Below are positions 58,237 through 64,000 of a DNA stretch of 64,000 bases, in pieces (within the stretch, counting starts at the first letter, position 1; each line of letters opens with the position of its first letter). The position numbers and the translations under genes were made by a program. The stretch spans positions 17,360,001 to 17,424,000 of the forward strand of contig NC_135769.1 in NCBI RefSeq assembly GCF_052425735.1, in the 5' to 3' direction. The DNA comes from Oculina patagonica (lineage: Eukaryota). Under the pieces are notes generated by a model. That model saw only the letters and a list, made by a program, of their open reading frames with translations, was not told the DNA's origin and ran no database searches.

Positions 58237-61200
58237 ATGGCTGATAAACCGCCAGATTGGTCAACTGCAATAAACAAGAAAGGAGAATTCGTTCGTCCAC
58301 CGTCTGCTTTTCGTAACTCTGTGACAGCTGATGGATCGAGCGGCTTCCCAGCCGAAGCAAATCGATATCATCTGTATGTGTCCCTTGCCTGTCCCTGGGC
58401 ACACCGGGCTCTTATAACGCGAGAACTCAAAGGCCTTGAAGACGTTATTTCTTACACTGTGGTCGACTGGTTCCTTGGTGAAGAAGGATGGTCGTTTACA
58501 GACAGCAAGCCGAAATGTTCTTTGGACACGTTAAATGGATGTCGAACGCTGAGAGAGGTGTATCAAATCGCTGAACCTGGGTATTCTGGCAGGGTCACGG
58601 TTCCTGTGTTGTGGGACAAGAAAAAGAAGACGGTCGTCAACAACGAATCCAGTGAGATTATCCGGATGCTTAACAAGGAATTCAATGCCTTTTGCACCAC
58701 AGAAGAACAGAAGAAACTGGATTTGTATCCAGCTCACCTGCAGGAGAAGATCGAAGAGCTCAACGGTTGGATTTATCCGTGAGTAAATTAAAAGCTGAAA
58801 ATTATTCATGATGCTCGTTTGTGATAATTAATTGGCGATTGAAAGCGGAACACCATGGGTACGGAAATTTGGTAGGGGGAGGGGAGTCACAAGGCAACCC
58901 GAGCAGGGGGGGGGGGACAGAATGCCATCTTATAATACCCCAACTAAAGTTAACGTCGGCTTGTATGTTTAATATTGGACATCCATCTTATGGTCAATTG
59001 ACAGCTGTCAAAACAAGGTATTCGCTGACAGGAGCCCATTACCCAGAGTGTACAACTTTGTTGTATTTGTGCAACGGCATTTTCACAAGTAAAGTTATTT
59101 TTAGCTAAGCCTTTCCCACAAAAATTACTGCTGCAGATGAAGTCAGCTACTACTTTGTAAAGAAATACAGAAATCATCGCTTGAAATGCTGTCAGAACAC
59201 TTCCTTGCATGTATCTGCCATGTTAACTTTCCTGGTGGATGAGGTACTGTAGTTACGTATCAACAGTCTAATAATAATCGCTTCTGATTGGCTTTCCAAT
59301 TTGTGGGAAAATCGTATCTAAAAATAACTTGACTTGTGAAAACGCCATTTCACAGGCTAGGCACAGTATGGAAGTTGCACACCCCAGGTAACGGGCTCCA
59401 TCGTCAAACATCTATCCAACATACAACTCTAAATTGTTATAAAAAATCTTTTGACTTACACCACAGCCCATTGTTGCGCACCAGACAGCAAAGTTTAGCT
59501 GTTGCGGCCAATTAAACCTTCAAACCACCATAAAATCCCCTGGGTACGCATCAGCGGTCTCAAAATTGCCAACCCTACTTTGGCCTTCCATTTTGCTGCT
59601 GTACTTTAATAACAAAATGAAAAAAAGTAACTATTATTTCTCACAACATAGCAGGTTTTTAGGGTAATGTTTTTCTAGTCAAATTTTTAATCCTGACATT
59701 CTTCTTCTAGAAACATCAACAATGGTGTTTACCGTTCAGGATTTGCCACAACACAGGAGGCATATGATGCTGCCGTGAAAGAGCTCTTCAATAGCCTTGA
59801 TGAGGTGTCAAAAATATTACATGTATTAATCTTCCAAATTCCCCAGCTAAACTGCATCATTATTCATAAAAAGCATGCCACTGGTCATGAAAATAAATAC
59901 TCCAGTGGAGGAGGGGGAGGGGGTAGGAACAGGGATCTGAGCTTCCCACTTCCCATACCTATTACTCCCAGTTCCTGTACCCTCATTAGTGTCCCCACCT
60001 CTTAATGTTTTTCAACTGCAAAATATTGTGAAATGTTGCCAAAATATTTCCATATTTCTCCAAGATCCCACCACTGTGGGAATCCCACTTCCTGTCCTCT
60101 CTTTTCCTGGCCCCCTTAGAGTTCCTGCCCCCTTAACTCCCTTGATACAACCGTTTATCCCCCCAATATTGCTGATCACTTCACCTCATTTCTTTCATTT
60201 TCCACACACAAGCTGTTATTGACTTCCAAACTTTATCTCTAGTCACAGCAGTCATTTTCACCTTGAAGATACTAGTGTCAAAAGCCAGTACGTAGTTAAG
60301 ATCTAGAGGAAAGGGCCCAGGTGATTGTCCTCTCATTCTTTTGGAAAGAAAATTCCCACCTCCAAATTCAGTACAGCCGACTCTTGTGAGCAAGAAATTA
60401 AAAAAAATCATCTTTATTTTGCCTTACCCCCGCCCCCATCTGGGCTCATCTGGATCCACGAACATAAGCTCCCAAGTTCCTCTTCCTAGAAATTCAAATT
60501 TTCAAAAAGTATCCACTCTCCAATAAATCTTCCCCTCCACCCAATGACTGCATGCCAGATAGGGCAGTTGTGAGGCAAGGGGAAAAATGGACGGCATGCT
60601 TGACCAGAGTTAAAATTCAAAAATTATGAACCAGTGAAACATTAAGTTAAACTTTGTGGTTAAAAAAGGGTCAAAAATTTCATTTCAAGGGCATAGGTTC
60701 AATATAGCACTTCTTTAACGATAATTTTAATTTTTTCTCATTGTCGTACAGGTAGAATCTATCTTGTCTAAATCACGTTTCTTGACTGGTGACACCATCA
60801 CAGAGGCTGACGTCCGTCTCTTCACCACCCTTGTTAGATTTGATATGGTTTATGTTGGACACTTCAAGGTACATGTACTGAAAAACTAGCAAGGTTATTT
60901 AAGTTATAAAGGGGAATAGCCATGAGATGTGTTTGTTTTTAATGCCTTCTTCTGACAAACATTTTCTCACTGCTGCCTCCTCCTGTTCGTAGGCAGAAAC
61001 TACATTAATTTTTTTAACCTACCCCATTAACGTACACTTAGAACTTCTAAGCATCCCCTTTTTCTGATCCCAAGGATGACAAATTTACCGGAGGTTTGTC
61101 TGTATTTTGATACATTTTGTACGAGGGCACTTTAAAGTGGACCACAGTTGAATTGACTTTTAAGCCAAACAAAGGTCCAAGAGAAGGCATTGAAATGTCT

Positions 61201-63973
61201 TTGAGTAGGTTTGTAAAAGTTTCCAATTCAATAATTTGCACAAGGTTACTTCTTTCACATGAGTTTTTAGAAGAACTTATGGCCTTCAGAGGTCCAACAT
61301 TTCATAACATTCTAGGCAGTACGCAAGAATCCTTTTTCACTTGTGATGTGATTTTACTTGCAGTGTAACAAAAAGCGCATTATTGACTATCCAAACATGT
61401 GGGGATATCTTCGGGATCTGTACCAGACAGGGGGGATTGCTGAAACTGTGGACCCTGAACATATTCAAAAGCATTATCAGGTGAGTCAGCGTTAGTCATG
61501 ATGAACATCTAATTTCTTCACAATGTAGAATTATTGAGTAATTTATCTATTATATATAATGGAGCAATGGTGGCCTAATGGTTAGTGTGCTGGACTTAAG
61601 GACGGTGCCTACTAATAACAAAGTATTTTTGCCCGGCCAATGACTATACAAGAAATGTAGATGTTACCAAGGGCTACTAAAATTCAAAAAGAAAATTGGG
61701 GGTAGCCACGCAAATTTTCGAGATAATTAGGTTTGAAATCTGGAAAAAAGTGCTGAAGTGGCATTTTAAAATAAAGTAAAACTAAATACAATTTCCTTGC
61801 AAATTTCATTTGAAATTGGTTTTTCATGAACAAAATCAACATTAAATATAACAATCTTTACAATAACTAACAAATAATGTCTTCGGAACTGCGTGATCCA
61901 TGTTTTTATTAACAAAATAATTGCGTTTGAGCCATTTTTGACTCTAGCAGCTCTCACTTGCACGGCCAGAAAATCGGCCTAAATTTGTTTTTCACTTAAT
62001 GAAAAATTAAACATGTGCTGTAAAGAGGTACCACTTACATTTTATAAAATAAAAAGTAGGGGTCACCACGCGTTTTTAAAAGTTATACCAGTTGTTTTCA
62101 GGTTCTGTGAAATCGCTTTTGGGGTTTGTTACATTTTTCCTATCCCCTCCCTAGCGAGTTGAATATTTGCATCTCGCGCGTGCACTACACCATTTGTCAC
62201 GGTTAGCAGTTTGCAGGTAACGTTTTAGCGCTTAGCGATTTGTTTTTAACTGTTAATGTGAGCCATTTTCAGTGGTTAGCGGTCAGTGGTTACTGATATG
62301 TTGCTTTTCCGCTGTTCCTGGCTTAGGATATGTCCATAAACTGGATTTTGTCGCAGAGAAAACTTTCTTGATTTTAAGTCGCGCGCTTGTTCGCGTAGTT
62401 GAATTCGTCATTTTGAGCGAGCAAATTAATTAAAAGCGCGCGTGCCCAGTGTGATCGATGCATTGCGTGATGCGCAGAACAAGTGCGCAGTGGCAATAGG
62501 AGGCACCGTCCTTAAGATGGAGCAGTCTGGGCTCAAGCCCTGGATGGGGTCATTGTCATACCTACCAACCCCCAGAGTACAAAAATCTGGAGACATCCAG
62601 AAATCTTTGCATTGTAAGGATATCATTTAAGACAATGTATGAATACTCTCTGAAAATCAGACTGGGAGACTTGATGAATAGCTTGGAGACTCCCGGGAAA
62701 ATCTGGAGAGTTGGCAGGTATGCATTGTATTGCCACCCACCCATGCCACCCAGGTGTATCAATGGGTACTGGCGAATTTAATGCTGGGTGTAACCTGTGA
62801 TGGACTAATATCCCATCCAGGGAGGAGTAGAAATATTCCTAGTTGCTTAATGCTCCAGAAACTGAGCTCCAGCAAGAAATGGGACACTTATTGGCTAGCT
62901 CAAATTTTTATAAAGAAGAGCATTTAGTTTTTGCAGAAACCCATAAGGGTTGAAACGTGTAACTTCCTATGATTCGCATTGTACAAAGCGTTTGCACATT
63001 CGTTTACACTAAGTACCATATTTGGAAAATCACAAATTACTATACTTGGATTAAATTCACAGCGCGCGCTAGCTCGCGCTCGATGGCGTAATCTTGTTTT
63101 TGAACAAGCTTGGTTGAATAAAGTTAAATTTGGTTAAATTCTCCTGTTTCATCTTTTTGAAGTAGTCTGGAGAACTTCGCTTCGATACACTTAATGTATT
63201 TCTTTAGTTTCTGTAAGAAATTTAGGGCGTTTAGGACGAAATTCAAGCAACTTACCGCAAAACCAAAAATTATATGTTGCGTGTGTCATTACGTGTATAA
63301 AGCATTCGCGTACAATTCTTCGTGCTTCCAAATATGGTACTTAGCAAAATGAATATTCAAACGCTGTGCGCGCGCGTTACACGTTTCAACCCTTATGGGT
63401 TTCTGGTTTTTGATTGGTATAACTAAACTAGCTAAGGGAGGCATGATGGTGTAATAGACAGTACATATAGGATTACCAATAACCTCTGGGTTAGAGCCCT
63501 CAGCTAGGCTGGGATTGGGTCATGTTTCTTGTGCAAGACGCATAACTCTCACAGTGCCTCTCTTCACCGTAGTTTATAAATGGTTACTGGCAAATAGTTT
63601 GGGGCAACATGCAGTTATGTAATCTGCGAAGGACTAGCATCCAACATTCCTATTCACTTCATGCTACAGAAATGGCAGTCAAACGGTCTGCGTGAATGTT
63701 GTGCCAAATTGTAGTTCACTGAAGTGTAAGGAAGTGGGTTGTATTTCAGTTGTGTGATCATGCCATGGTGCTTTGTGAAGACTGTGTTGTTGACATAACT
63801 CCTATTTTCTTAAGCAATATTCAGTACTGCAACAAGTGAAAAATGATGCTTTCAACTTACTTGATCTTTGTTTACAAATTTCGTTGCAGCAAAGTCACTT
63901 GAAGATTAATCCATATGGTATTGTGGCTATTGGCCCAGATTTGGACTTCAGCAAGCCTCATGGCCGACAGTAA
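58237..63973 (+). CDS. Glutathionyl-hydroquinone reductase (GST Xi/omega-like; YqjG/ECM4 family), paralog 2, 5 exons, 317 aa
   Basis: Exons 58237..58778, 59711..59804, 60752..60868, 61364..61480, 63890..63973; exon sizes identical to paralog 1; [20 protein letters not shown] and [15 protein letters not shown] motifs. Confidence 0.93.
61600..62511. mobile_element. TTAA-flanked MITE (Kolobok-like) nested in a tRNA-SINE head
   Basis: TTAA-GGACGGTGCCTACTA ... TAGGAGGCACCGTCC-TTAA; it splits GGTGGCCTAATGGTTAGTGTGCTGGAC from GATGGAGCAGTCTGGGCTCAAGCCC. Confidence 0.8.
62934..63405. mobile_element. MITE with 30-bp perfect TIRs and 7-bp TSD (P-element-like)
   Basis: CAGAAACCCATAAGGGTTGAAACGTGTAAC and its exact reverse complement; TSD GTTTTTG. 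Confidence 0.85.
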
Positions 63974-64000
63974 TGATCTATAATCATTTTGTTTTTAAAC

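Noticed and set aside
26638-63973. Single biosynthetic cluster uniting GT8, transporter and GHRs (e.g. hydroquinone glycosylation)
   Set aside because: GHRs appear cytosolic while the GT8 is predicted lumenal, and there is no shared regulatory evidence; adjacency alone is insufficient.

Overview
Eukaryotic, AT-rich and repeat-dense genomic DNA. Spliceosomal introns, (TTAGGG)n tracts, tRNA-derived SINEs and many MITEs point to an invertebrate animal, and the repeat repertoire suggests a cnidarian such as a stony coral (inference). Left two-thirds: a tandem array of four intronless, membrane-anchored GT8 (glycogenin-superfamily) glycosyltransferase genes on the minus strand. Copies 1 and 2 encode identical proteins, copy 3 is a probable pseudogene, and copy 4 has diverged around the active site. 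Copies 1, 2 and 4 sit head-to-head, across a ~0.66-0.68 kb promoter, with the first exon of a plus-strand multi-pass membrane protein gene. I reconstruct that gene as a 5-exon, 359-aa, highly diverged SLC35C1/TPT-fold nucleotide-sugar transporter (28492..42909). Only the last copy is complete; two upstream promoter+exon 1 duplicates keep same-phase splice donors and could act as alternative first exons. The recent 8.8 kb duplication junctions consist of an ~800 bp foreign filler ending in (CCCTAA)6. Right third: a decayed RTE-like LINE and two tandem 5-exon, 317-aa glutathionyl-hydroquinone reductase genes (GST Xi/omega-like, CPWA motif). The most interesting candidate system is a co-regulated glycosyltransferase + nucleotide-sugar transporter module undergoing amplification and diversification.
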